Below, piece after piece: positions 39,080-51,528 of a stretch of DNA of 64,000 nt. A program made the position numbers and the translations under genes. The stretch is from Podarcis pityusensis. Its lineage: Eukaryota. Under the pieces are notes generated by a model, which was not told where the DNA came from, did no database searches, and was given only the letters and a program-made list of their open reading frames with translations. Each line of letters opens with the position of its first letter. Position 1 is the first letter of the stretch. The stretch lies in the NCBI GenBank assembly GCA_964106645.2, contig OZ067045.1; one strand, given 5' to 3'.

Positions 39080-39639
39080 GGTATATCTTGTTCAGTTCTC
39101 TACATCTCATCAGTCTAACCTGCACCTACAGTTGGGAGATACTCTGGTACCTAAAAGTATCACAACATTCCAATGCCTCTGCACTGCAGTGATACTTTCC
39201 TAGCCCTGATAATCACTGCATGCTGCCACAAAGCACCCAAAACACAGAACAGGATTAACTACAACTGTGTATATGTTTCTTAGCAAAGTCCTGCTCACTG
39301 TTTGGTAGCTCTCACCGCCAACGGAACTCCAGCTTGATGCCCCATTATGCCACTGAAAATACACCCCCAAAGTGTTCTTTGGTGACTAATAAAAAATGGG
39401 ATTAGCAAACAGGTCTCACTTTCAGCCTTTTGTCACACTGACACTTCCAACCATAACTCAGCTGCAGGAACGTGCAGTTTTTGCATGTTGCGCTGCTACA
39501 TAACTGATGACCCCAAAGGTGATAAAGATATTTAAACAAGAGGTTTGATCCATGATGACACAAATATTAAACACCTTACTGGTGAACCCATGCAAGGAAA
39601 GTGCCAACCTCTGGTTGCCCCTGTCTGACCGATCCAATA

Positions 39640-39865
39640 CAGTGGTACCTCAGGTTACATACGCTTCAGGTTACAGACTCCGCTAACCCAGAAATAGTAC
39701 CTCGGGTTAAGAACTTTGCTTCAGGATGAGAACAGAAATCGTGCTCCGGCGGCAGGGCGGCAGCAGGAGGCCCCATTTGCTAAAGTGGTGCTTCAGGTTA
39801 AGAACAGTTTCAGGTTAAGAACGGACCTCCGGAACAAATTAAGTACTTAACCCAAGGTACCACTG
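39640..39865. mobile_element. Tigger-like MITE with TA TSD
   Basis: TA|CAGTGGTACCTCAGGTT...AACCCAAGGTACCACTG|TA. Confidence 0.9.
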
Positions 39866-41699
39866 TATGTACTTTGATCAGATCCCATTCACTGATAGGC
39901 TAAAGGCTGTGATAAGAAGGTTCGTCAGAGGGCAAAGACTTTTCCATCAGTCAAAATCTCAAAGGAGCTCACCTTGGTAAAAGCAAAAAAGTTGTATGTA
40001 TGCTGACATACTCATTACACAGAGACACAAAAAAACTCAGTGCAAAGTTCTTCTACCCGGTAGTAATGCTGGGTAGGAAATTTCCCACCGTTACTTTTTT
40101 CAAAGGAAAACGTTCCACTTTTTAGAAATGCACTACTTCATAAGATTGGTAATATAACGAACAGACACAACTCAGATTGGGCAACTGGGACAGATACAAT
40201 ACCACTCAAACCTAAAATCGATGTTTTGATTGTATGATATTTAGGTGACTATACTTAGGAAGCACATATATTTATGCACAGAGCTCTTCAGACATTCTAA
40301 AATGAGTACGTTAACAGTCTTCGGATCCTTCATTTTCCCTTCATGCTGCAATCCTAAATACACTTTATAAAAAGTAAATTCCACTGTGTTTAATGGGACT
40401 CACTTCTGCAGAAGCAGACATAGAAATGTGCTGTTAAAATCCAATGATTTGTGGGAAGCATATGCTACTGAGCTGTCAGGTCTTAATGTATTTCTGCGTA
40501 TGTCAATAAAAATGTTTTCCAAGTAAAGTTTTGATTTTTTTTCAACTATAACACTTAAGCCACGCTAACAGCACTTTATTGGTCTCCCACAACCCAAAAT
40601 TTCAGCTCACTGACTTGGGCTACAGGGGCTGGGGAGGAAACTTACAGCTCAAAAAAGGAACATGATAGGTTAATAAACAAGACAAACAAACAAAACTGTA
40701 AGACTGTAATTCTAACCCCACTTACCTGGGAGTAAGCCCCAGCAGACATTGTTAGAATTGCACTATTAGGCAAACAAACATGCTAAATCAGATTTCCAAA
40801 GATTTAGAGCAGCTGGGGGGGGGGGAGAGAGAAATAAATTTAAATGTTTCCAGAAAAATTGCAGAATGTCTCCCCAAAATAATATTTACACATGCCCCAG
40901 TTGTTGCTCAAAGGCAAAAAACTCTGTTTTCCTTGGGACATCAGCAACCCAGTGGGCCGTTCGCTGGTCAAACTTATTTTAGCGCCGTTCACTGGCCGAA
41001 GGTATGCCAGCTATGTGGGTTTGGCAAGTTTAGCTCAGAGCAAGCCACAAGGCTTGCCCACATTTGGTCATACGGATAAGGAGATTGGGGCGAGTGGAGG
41101 AAGGCCATGGCACTCCAGAATAGTAAGCCAGTCTAGTCATGATACCTAACAGCTGCGCTCTTCCAAAACCTTCATCCCCAGAGCCAGAAGCCAGTTTTAA
41201 ATGGGCACTTCAACCAATGGAGTTTGAAAGGGAGGGAAGGCCTTCTTCTCAGAAGTCCCTTGCTGTTTTATTTATAACTTGCCTTTTGATTGAATTAGTC
41301 TCAAGACAACTTACAAAAGATTCCAACAGCAAGCACAAACCCCCAAACAGCCCTCGGCCTCTTGGTTGAAAGATGGGGCAGGACACTTTTCCTTTCTGCT
41401 CTGTAGCCTCATGTGGAACTTTAGAGGAGAAACTCACTGAAAAACCAATCCTCAGGGGAAAACATGGTCTCTGTGGGCCAGATGACAGGCAGAAAGCAAT
41501 ATGGAAGACACAGGCATATGGAGCAAACAGACCTTTCCAAGCACGAGTGAGGGGACACAACTGCTTGTCCATGACAAAGGACTCCAGGCCCGGAAAAAAG
41601 GGGTCTGAAGTTATGTGAAGTTAAATTGTTCTGGGCCCGACTAGTGAACCTAGATTTCCTTAGCTTTGCCACTTGGGGATTCCTGAAGAACAGATACAT

Positions 41700-42078
41700 C
41701 AAGGGTTCCCAAACTGTGGTCTGTGGACCACCAGCAATCTCTGAGCCCTGTCAGGTGGTCTGAGGTGTGGCTGTGGATTTGTGGCTGAAGACAGGACAGC
41801 TGCAATCCATCACATTCAACATTCATACTTGTTTATAATCGTATTTTTATTGCTTCTCTTATTTCTTACATTGTATTTTACCATCTTACAATTTGATTTC
41901 AAATTGCAATACAATAAAACCCATATATGAGAAGTAAAAGAAGCAATGCAAAAAAAACAAAAACCCAGTGTCTAGCACAGCGTATTACAATTACTACAAC
42001 AGGCAGAAACATCACGTGGTTCGCCAAGACCTGCATCACTTTTCAAGTGGTTTGTGGGGTGAGGGTTGGGAACCACAG
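41700..42078. mobile_element. hAT-Charlie-like non-autonomous DNA transposon
   Basis: Ends CAAGGGTTCCCAAACTGTGG and GGTTGGGAACCAC form imperfect TIRs around an AT-rich core. Confidence 0.65.
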
Positions 42079-44316
42079 GAGGCATTGATTAATCTGGTTG
42101 CTGCCTCTCCTAGAGCAAATTAATAGCAGCCCAAACAGAACCACTGACCTGTGCACACCCGTCCTGGGTCAGGCACCTGTTTCAAGAAGGACAGGTTTCT
42201 GTGCTATCAGTCACCAAAGTTTCTCATTGAGGAGCTATAATTATTGTTCTTATTAAGAAAATGTATTTGTCCCTTTTTCTTGCTACAAGAAACTCAAAGT
42301 GATTTACAAAAACAAAACAAAAAAAAATCACATGCATACAATTAAAACAAAGGAGAAAATATATTAACACACATAGCATTAAGAAGCCATAGATCATTAA
42401 CAGAGGAATGTTTTTGGGTGGCACCTAAAAATATGTAACCATGGTGCCAGGTGAGTCTCCCTGGGGAGGGCATTCCACAAACGGAGGCAACACAGAAAAG
42501 GCCTGTTCTTGTGTTGCCACCCTCTGGACCCCGTGTGGAGCTAATGCACTGAAATAGAAGTACATGAGCATCTTGCTCAGTATCTGCACCTGCAATCTGC
42601 ACACGCTATGCTTGCCATGTCCGTAGAGGAGATCCAGAGCTCAAGGCCAGAGTCCATGCTTTGCATGTAAGTCCCAGGTCCAATCTTTAGTTAGCACCTT
42701 CGATTAGAAGGCTAGGAAGGGAAGAAACCATAGAGCTGCATGCTAGACGGAACAGCAAACATGGTGCCCTCCAGATATTGTGGGACTATAACCCCCATCA
42801 TACTGGACTACTGACTGTGTTAGCTGGGGCCGATACGAGCTTGAGCCTAACACCATCTGGAGGTCTCCACATTCCTTGCCATCAGATTAGACAGTAGTAG
42901 GCTTGATGAGCCAGCCTAAAGCAGCTTCATCTATCCAAACAGATCAGAAGACCAACAGCCATTGGCAAAAACACTGCATTTATTTGGAAAATGATACCCA
43001 TGACAAATGTGAACCAGCCTTGGAAAAATATCTTGCTATATGGATTTAGAGATCAAACCCAAATATATGTGCATGTGTGCAAATGCACACTTTGACTCTG
43101 TTACTTTGGGCTCTGATCAATTGTATTTTACAGAGGCTTGCCTGGTGCCATCACTACATATCTTCCTGTGCCAGGCAAAAGCATTCCTCTTTATCCAGGC
43201 CTTTGGCTTCTAATTATCTATGGCATTTTTGCATGGATGGAGCGTTTTAATGTAGAGATTTTTCTTTACTGGTTTTAACTTGTGTTTTTGTTTAAAATGT
43301 TCTAAGTCGTTTTGAGTTGCTGCGGCAAAAAAGAAAGCAACTAATAAATTTAATAAACAATAATGCTTCTACAGTACTGCTTTTTACTTCTGGGGTGTAG
43401 CGCTGCAATCAGGGCTAGAATCATGTTTAAAAGGAAGACCAGAACGCTCAGAATGCCAAATAGACCCCACAAAAGCACATCAGGTTAAGTGCTATGCAGC
43501 CTGCCCGTGAACTAAGACATAACCAGAAGCAAACCACAGGATGTATTTACATGGCCTGCCTTTCATTTTCTCACTCTCATTCATGCACATGAAGACACAG
43601 GAAGCCAAGTTTTTCATCTCTGACAGCTAAGATTTTAACTCTATACTGACTAACTCCTCCGTAAAGACCTCAAGCACAAGGTATCAGATGTATTCATTAT
43701 GCCCATAAATCAGCTCCTCACTGCCCACCCCCCAGCTTCCCATCAGAATTACAGAGCATATCCAAGTGTCATAGAAGCTATCAGAAATCAAAGAGAGGTT
43801 TAAAAAAAAAAAAAGTTGTCAAGATTTACAAGCTACACAGATTCTGTGTAAGGTGACAGGAATGCCAATGATTTCTACGGATCACCATCATGGGTATCAT
43901 TACCTGACTTTCCTACGAGGCTATGGCTGGGTCTGCAAGCCAGCAGACACAACCAAGCTACTACCTGAAGAGAGGACTGTAAAATGAAGCCTAGTCTCTC
44001 AACCTTTCTCTCCACCTGAAGTGGTGGACTGCACCTTACTATAAAACCACACCTTAAGTTGCAGCATTATCAACGTGACAAGAAAAAGGAAGAACTGAGC
44101 AGAGAAGCAGCCCCGAGAAGCTTCAGGTTGAAAAGGGAAGAGTGTGGTACACACATGAAAGGAGAGCAAGCTCTGAACTCTGGGCCTGTTTTATAAGACA
44201 AGCTTGCCCAAAATCACACAAATGGAATCAGAGGCAAAGTATGCCTACAGAGGAGAAAGGCTTACTCTATTTGTACTCAGTATGTATATTTGCAATTAAA
44301 AACAAATGTTACAAGG

Positions 44317-44352
<36 letters not shown>

Positions 44353-46039
44353 GCTTAGATCAGAAGACCTAAGAAGACTCATAGTTCCCCACATGCTGAA
44401 GACCTGTGAAACAGCTACACAGTGACCCTCTCGGGCTGGAAAGCTTTTTCAATTCCTAGGTCAAAGATATCTCAAGTTCTTGGACACGAGGATCAAACTG
44501 CCATATATATATATTTTCCAAATCTTATTCGAGTAGCTGCTAGTAGAATTTCTATAGCTTTCTCTCATTAAGGAAACTTGCTTCCATAGACTTCTGGAGA
44601 CAGAGACAGAGCAGAGGCGAGGGTTATACCTCTGCTCCAGCTACTGGTGACACCAGAGTCAGAGGACTGGGAAAACTTTGTCCCACCTCAACATTTTAGC
44701 CAGTGGTAGACCTGTGAACTTCCCCCACAGCTGTCAAGTGGAGCCACAGCAGAAAGCAAGGAGCTGTTAAGGTGCAAAAGTGCTGCAAGATCTTTTTCTG
44801 CATCATGGAACACAAGTGCCATTATTCTCATTTGAGAGGAGCAAGTATAGTGGCTAAGAGCCAGAAATGTGGAAGCTCCCTCTCCCCCCCCATATCTCTT
44901 CTCCTACAATGGCCACTGCCAATCTTTTTTCCCTTCAGACTCAGCTCCCACATTAGCCACATTGAGATAGTAGCTGTAGCTAATCATGTTTCGATAATGA
45001 TGGTGAAGTGCTTCAAAAACTCTACAGCGCAGTAGCCATGCTCACTAATAAGCAGAGATAATGGTTTGCCATGGCAGAGCTGGGCATAGCCAGGTTCCCA
45101 CCACATCCAGTGATAGTGGTCCCTGAACACTGACCACATTGAGTGGGGCTGATGGGAGCTGTAATCCAATAGCATCCAGAGGGTACCACAAAGACTATCC
45201 TGATCTGTGGGACCACACTTTCTCAGAGGGCAAAAAGCAAATTCTCGTGATATAACTTTTATACACAAAACGAGTTGCCCGTTACTTGCAGGGTGAAGGC
45301 TGAGCCCTCATATTTCTCTTAGCTCTGCAAAGGAGCCCACCTGTCATTCATGAACAAGGATTGTTTTCATCCCCCTGAAAAAGTGCTCTTCTAACTGCAT
45401 GTGGGCTCCCAGCCTCTCCTGGGCCAAGAGTCCTTCCTCTCACCTTCCTTCCTGCCCTGCACTCAGCACCACCACAGGAAAGCCCTCATGGGTTGCAGCC
45501 TTTCCTTAATCTATCATCCCCATCCAGAGAAATGAGCAAAGCCAAGCACAGATCTCTTGAGCAGGAAGGGATGGCAGTGTGGGGAATTATGGCATGCTGC
45601 AGCAGCCCTGAAAGGGGCCAGGTAGAGGAGCTGAAGCAGCGGACATGACAGAAACAAAGCAACTGGCCGGTGGGGGGTACTGGTGGGTGGGGGGAAGATG
45701 GAAGTAGGCGTGGTCACGGAAGGGAGAGGAAGGAGTCTCAGCTGGGGGCAGGCAGGGAAAGAGAGAAAAGAGGGATTGAACGTCGCCCCCCCCCCCCCAT
45801 ATTTTTCTGATTGCAACAGCATTAAATGGACATGAGACCAAAGTGGCCAGCAGGGTGTGTATGAAGAGAAATGCAAGAGAACAAGATGAAAGGATCAAAG
45901 TAGAGGGGCAACATCAGTGAGCAGGGGGCCGATTTCTGAAAGGAAGGAGTAGGCCAGACTGCAGACGAGGGCAAACCTGAGGGTGAGGGAGAGAAGCAGC
46001 CATGGCCAAAGCAACTGTGTCCTCGCTCTGCAAGGAACA

Positions 46040-47200
46040 GAGGGGGAGTCTTCAACCGTTTCTTTTCGGGGGGGGGGACTCTATGCCGGTGATGAACGAC
46101 TGATTTCCGCAACGGAGGTGTTCAGGGGGTTGTCTCCACAAGCCCATATCCCAGTGAGAGGCCGGAGATGGGGAAGGAGGGGCGTGGTGGCTTACCGACC
46201 AAAAAGCTCGCAAAGGGGCACGTTGGTCCCCGCTCCCCGATTCCCCATCCCTCTCCCCACCGCCCCAAACATCGTATGCCAGGTCTACTAGCCCCCTCGG
46301 CTCCGCGCCGCCTGCAGTCCTACGTGCCCTAAGCAGCCTTCCTGGGAAGGCCACCCAGTGGAGCTCAGCGAGGCTTACTCCCAAGAAAGCCTGCGCACCA
46401 ACTGCAACGGGAGTCCAAGGAGTACGTAGAGGGCTGGGCTGCCGCGGCTGGCCCTTGAACGAGGGGCGGGAAGGAGGACGGGGAGCGCTCCTGTACAGGA
46501 CGTTGATTTGCCAGCCAGACCCTCTGCCAGGAGACTCCATTCCATTCCCTGCTGGGCTGCCGCGGCTGAGCCATTCATAAGAGCCAACGCTGCTGCCGTA
46601 AGGGAGGAGGAGGAGAGGCGGTGGGAAGGGCTCCTGCTCAGGACACCAGCTGGTCAGTCGGCCAGCCATGCCCTCTGCCAGGAGACTCCATTCCAGCCCT
46701 ACCTACCCCTCTTCACCCCCGCCCCGGGAAAGAGAAGGTTTCGCGCGCACCGCGGCGGGGGTAGGTGGGCGTCAGGGGGCGGCCTGCCCCTTCTTACCCA
46801 TCGCCGCCGCCTCCGGGCCCGGCCCCGCCGGCCACCGTCCGCTTCTCGCCTGTCCCAGCCAACTCGGGCTCTTCGACTCCGCCACCTGACAACGGACGTG
46901 ACGCGAAGCTGCCGTCATCGCCAATGCCGGCCACGCCCCCGCAGGCAGCCGCCGCCGCCATCTTCTTCCCCGGAGCCTCGGCCTGTGTCAAAGATGGCGC
47001 CGACAGAAGCAAGCCCGGGCGGAAGAGAGGAAGGGGGGAAGTAGGCGGGGAGTGCCGGTGCAGGATTGGTGAACTCGAGAGTCCCCCACCCCTCCCTCCG
47101 GTAAGAAATCAGCCCTGCCCCTCACCTACTCGAGGGCGAATGAAAGGCCTGCGCAGGGCATGATTGGCAGACTCCGACTGACGTCACTTTAAATACCATA
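46040..47200. promoter_or_regulatory. STK40: STK40 CpG island / promoter
   Basis: High CpG density. YY1-type AAGATGGCG at 46964-46956(-) and 46991-46999(+); ETS CGGAAG near 47020; GC box near 47044; CCAAT(-) at 47065-47069 and 47163-47167; perfect CRE TGACGTCA at 47179-47186. Confidence 0.85.
46798..47000 (-). other. STK40: STK40 exon 1 (leader exon) inside the CpG island
   Basis: GC/CpG-dense; donor GATGG|GTAAGA at 46798|46797. The transcription start is approximate. Confidence 0.75.
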
Positions 47201-47351
47201 GGTTCACTATATTAATCTTTCTGTATTATTTCTCTTTCGGAGCAACGTGTTTAAATATAATTAATTATTAAAAAAGCAAAACACACGAGAAACCTGGCCT
47301 GGCCGTTTCCACCAGATCTGCTCCTGGAACTGGCCTAGGGGGAAAGGGGAC

Positions 47352-47680
47352 TTTATTATTTATTTATTTATTTTTATAACTCCTATCTTTCCCACCTTTT
47401 CCTCTAAGACGCTCAAGGCGGCGCACATGTTTCATGGCCGAGTAGGGATTTGAACCCTGGTCTCCCTGGTCCTAGTCTGGTACAACACCCTGGTAGATCA
47501 GGGTTCAAATCCCCACTTAGCCATGAAGCTCATTGTGTGACCTTGAGCAAAGCACTACCCCTAGGCCTCACCTACCTCACAGGATTGTTGTGGGGATTAA
47601 ATGAGGAGAACCATGTCTGTACACCACCTTCAGCTCCTTGGAGAAAAAAAGGTGGGCTCTAAATGCAGTAAAAAAAAATA
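47352..47680. mobile_element. Two head-to-head fragments of a tRNA/CORE-type squamate SINE
   Basis: Minus copy at about 47352-47478 and plus copy at about 47492-47680, both similar to 48241-48465. Confidence 0.7.
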
Positions 47681-48240
47681 TTGATGGGGCCTTCGCTTGC
47701 TCCTTATTTGACAGCCTCAAATTGCCATATCTCTTAATTAGAGTTTTTTTTTTTTTTTTAAAGTGAAAAGCAAGTAACCCAGAGCAACCCTCAGCCACTT
47801 TTGTAACTGGTGAGTCATGCTTGGGTGGTGGGGGCAGGAGGGAGAAGGACAAACAGCAGCTCGCTTTCTCTCTCTCAGTTGCGCACTTGCATCATGCAGG
47901 CATGACTCACTCTATGGGAGCCTCAACTGCCACTTGTGCAAACAACAGACTCCAGGGAGGTAACAAAAGAGTGTTCGCCTTCCTTAGTACTGCCGGCATT
48001 AGGGGAAGTGGGGCTGCAGTCACCAAACCTGACTTGAGCCCTCTGCCAGATTTGGAGACTCTTTCTGCAAACAGCTCTGTGTTCTGGGTATGCAACTCCC
48101 TCCTGCTATCATTGGCAGGGGTGCTCAGCACTGTTTGGAAATAAAGCCAGGCTCTTCCCACGCTTTGTCTAGTGCCAACTGAAGTGGATAGAAATCACTT
48201 TTTCTAGAAGTTGTTGCAGCAGCCAAGAATCCTGAATTAT

Positions 48241-48465
48241 GAGCCAGTGGTGGTGTGCTGGTTAGCGTTGGACTAGGACCTGAGAAACCAGGGTTCGAAT
48301 CCCCACTCGGCCATGAAGCTCACTGGGTGACCTTGGGCCAGTCACTTACTCTCAACCTAACCTACTTCACAGGGTTGTTGTGGGGATTAAATGAGGAAAG
48401 GGAGAATCATGTAAGCACCTTGAGTTCCATAGAGGAAAAGGTGCAATATAAATGCAATAAATAAA
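48241..48465 (+). mobile_element. tRNA-derived CORE-type SINE with an L2-like tail (Squam2/Squam3-like)
   Basis: A and B boxes (GGTTCGAATCCC), core GTGACCTTGGGCCAGTCAC..CCTACTTCACAGGGTTGTTGTG, tail (AATA)n. Confidence 0.85.
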
Positions 48466-49189
48466 AACAAATGCCACGTGTGCAGTCTGACTAGAGACCC
48501 TCAAAATACATGTAGCTGCAAGCAAAACGTCAGGAGACGGTTCAGCATGTCCAAACTAGTTAGCACAGCAAATATGGAGCACACAGAATTCCATGGCCCT
48601 CATAGGCTCCTTAATGTGATGTGGCCAAGATGCCACTTTTTTGTTACCAGACAGACACACCAACATGTGCCAGGCAGCCTCTGCACAGCCTTTGATTCAC
48701 TTTGTAAACTTGCTCCATCAGGTGAAGGGGATGTGTTAACATTTCCTGCAGTACAGATGAGTCACGTGCATGCGATGGGGTGAAAGGGTAGCTGTGGGCC
48801 CCACATTGCTGCAATATTCAGCACACATTAAGATGGATCCACACAAACATTAACTCTTTTGGGCTGTAGATTTTGGGAAGAAAACCAAAGCTGGTGCAGA
48901 CAGGCAGGCTGTCTGCTGTGTCCTCAGTGGCCCTGGAAAGCTCTGAATCATCAGCCCAAAGGCATTTAAGTCCAGCTCCTCTCCTGTGCCAGTTACCCCT
49001 CAACATGTGCTAGGCAAGTCAGCAGACTTGGCAGGAAGAGCAGCTTTCAATGCCTGCTGGAGGAAGGCGGGGATGCTGCTCTTTCATCTGCCTAGAGAGT
49101 AGCTGAACTAAATGGTGCGAAATAACAGGTGGCCTGTTGCCAACACAGTACCTATTTTGTGGGGAAGATGGTGGAGAAGCTGCAGAACT

Positions 49190-49470
49190 GCAAGTGTTCC
49201 TGGATGACACTGGTTATCAGGATCCAGGTTTAGGCCTGGTTTTGGGAATGAATTGGCCTTGGTCACCTTGATGGATGACCTGTAATGGGAGAAATATGGC
49301 GATACATGGCCCTGTTACAATTGCTTGGTATCTCGGCAGCTTTAGATAGCATTGGCCAGGGTAACCTACTGGATCACCTGAGTGGGATGGGTGATGAAGA
49401 CACTATATTAGTGGTTCCACTCATACTTGCTTGGTTGTGTCCAGACAATAACACTGGGTGGGGGACTGCT
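49190..49470 (+). mobile_element. L2 LINE reverse-transcriptase fragment
   Basis: Degenerate GFRPGFG..LALVTLMDDL..LLQLLGISAALDSIGQGNLLDHL..WFHSYL, matching the L2 pattern QSGFRP/LDLSAAFDT/WF.SYL. Confidence 0.78.
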
Positions 49471-50419
49471 CTTTGACATTGTTCTGGCATTGATATACAA
49501 AGCCCTGAGCAACTCGGGCCTAAAATACCTGAAGCCTGAACTGTTATATTCCAGCTTGACCACTGAAATCCAGAGGGGTGATGTTAGTTGTCCCCCAATG
49601 TTACAGACCGACATTTAGAAACCAGACATTTAGCACCACTGGTCACATAGCCTCTGATGTACCTGCTTACTCTGCGCCTTGGAACCTTACTTCTGTACCA
49701 AACTGACTTATGCATTAAAACCTTTGGAAGAAATGGTGTTGAGAGTTCTAGTTCCTCATCCAGCTGAGAGCCAGGACAATCCCCAAGCATTGCTTATCCA
49801 TGGTGCAAACCATTCTCTCATAACAAAAGAGCCATAGTTAGCAGCAACCTGCCTCATAGTACCTGCTGCCCACTTTGGAGTGGGGCTGCCAGTTCAACTA
49901 ACTAATGCCCATGGGTGAAACGCAAGGGGGAACTGAGCAACAGTTATGGGATGTTAGTAAGGCTGCAGCTGCCCTCCTCCATTATTTTCAGAAGAGAAGG
50001 CATTACAGTCTACACATGTGCTTCTGGCACAAAGAGACGATGCCCAGCAGCTGTATTATGAACTGAATGCACTCTGTCAGATGCAACTTCAGATCAAACA
50101 AGAGGATGAGTGAGAGAAGGGCTCAATGACAGGTTTATGCTTTGCAATCCTTGGGCATCTCCTACTGGAAAGATGTAATGCAGCAGAACTAAGAAAGCTC
50201 TCTCTGCCCATGGCTTTGGAAAACCACCACCATTAGTCAGCACTGGGCTAAATCAGACTCCTACAACTCCCATTAGTCCCACCCAGCATGAGAAATAGCC
50301 AGGGATAATGTGAAGTGTAGTCCAGCCTCTGGAGGGCACCAGGGTGGAAAAGGCTAGGCAAGATTGACCAAGTTCCTGATACTACTACTACATGTTCATA
50401 TTGCATTATTGAGGTTCTA

Positions 50420-50642
50420 GAGCCAGCGTGGTGTAGCGATTAGTGTTGGGCTAAGACCTGGGGGACCAGGGTGCAAATCCTCACTCAGCCATGACATTGG
50501 GCCAGTCACTTATTTAGCCTAACCTACCTCACAGGGCTGTTGTGGGGATGAAATGGGGGAAGAGAACTGTATATGCCACCTTGTGCTCCTTGGAGGAAAG
50601 GTGAGATATAAATGTAAGTAAGTAAGTAAGTAAGTAAATAAA
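50420..50642 (+). mobile_element. tRNA-derived CORE-type SINE, same family as 48241-48465, with (GTAA)n tail
   Basis: Direct similarity to 48241-48465. Confidence 0.85.
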
Positions 50643-50836
50643 GAGTCAAACTCTGTACAAGGACTGAGTGCTCTCTCATTTGTAATTTAACCTTGGCTCA
50701 GCTGCTACTTTTCTCAGTCTGCAAATCCTTGTTAAAGAGGGATGATATGAGGATTTTCAATGTACAAAAAGCTGCTGGTTGGTCTGGTGAGAAACAGTTT
50801 GTAAAAGGAAAGTGGATCTTAAAATTTTGTAAACAG

Positions 50837-50842
50837 TTTATT
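50837..50842 (-). terminator. LSM10: LSM10 polyadenylation signal
   Basis: AATAAA about 315 nt after the stop codon. Confidence 0.65.
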
Positions 50843-51156
50843 TGGAAAAAAGAGGCTGAAGAAGGTGAAGAGAGTATTAGTCCACAGAAAGCAAGAATCC
50901 TATTTGTTGCTAAGGTCAGTTGTATTCAAACTTATTCTTACAAAGAGACCTAATGACCACTTCCCCTTTCTATAGAAAAGTTTGGTGAACTCTTGAACTC
51001 AGGAAGTGCAGCCAGGTAAGGCATCTAGAAAAATCAGGGAGGGTTGTCTACAGGTCACTTCTAATCTCAGTCCAGAAAAATGTGCTTCTTCATCAGGAGT
51101 ACAAGCAATGTCAGGCTGAGTTTGGGGCACATGGCAAATCCAGGGCACTAGCCTGC

Positions 51157-51528
51157 TCATTTGTAGCTCTGCTTAAGGAACTCCTTCCTGCCCCTGTCTC
51201 GGCCACCAAAAGTGCGAACTCTGTGAATGAGCTGCAGCTGTTTCTCAATGGTGGTCGTGATGTCCATGTCATCAGGGATGTGGACGTAGCGGATGTTCCT
51301 TCCCGTCACAAACAGATCATCCAGCCAGGTGGAATGGCCACACCGGTCAGTGAACGTCGCCTCGGCCAGGCGGATGTTCATGAAGGCGTCAACATTGGTG
51401 ATGCGGCCCACAGCCATGCTCTCGTCCCGCAGCTCCACAGTGGTGACGTGTCCGTGGAGGCCCTGCAGCAGGATGACAAGGCTGTTCTCCGAGATGGTGC
51501 GCTCCTTCACGGAGTGGCTGATCTCCAT
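51157..51528 (-). CDS. LSM10: LSM10, U7 snRNP-specific Sm-like protein (123 aa, single coding exon starting at 51541)
   Basis: [37 protein letters not shown]...[14 protein letters not shown]...[17 protein letters not shown] (Sm1/Sm2 motifs); Kozak GCCATGG; acceptor cgccatcag|G. Confidence 0.97.
   Translation of the reverse strand: MEISHSVKERTISENSLVILLQGLHGHVTTVELRDESMAVGRITNVDAFMNIRLAEATFTDRCGHSTWLDDLFVTGRNIRYVHIPDDMDITTTIEKQLQLIHRVRTFGGRDRGRKEFLKQSYK

Noticed and set aside
43960-44005. CTGAAGAG followed by a short stem, resembling a hammerhead ribozyme core
   Set aside because: The required GAAA after stem II is missing, and I could not build stems I and III.
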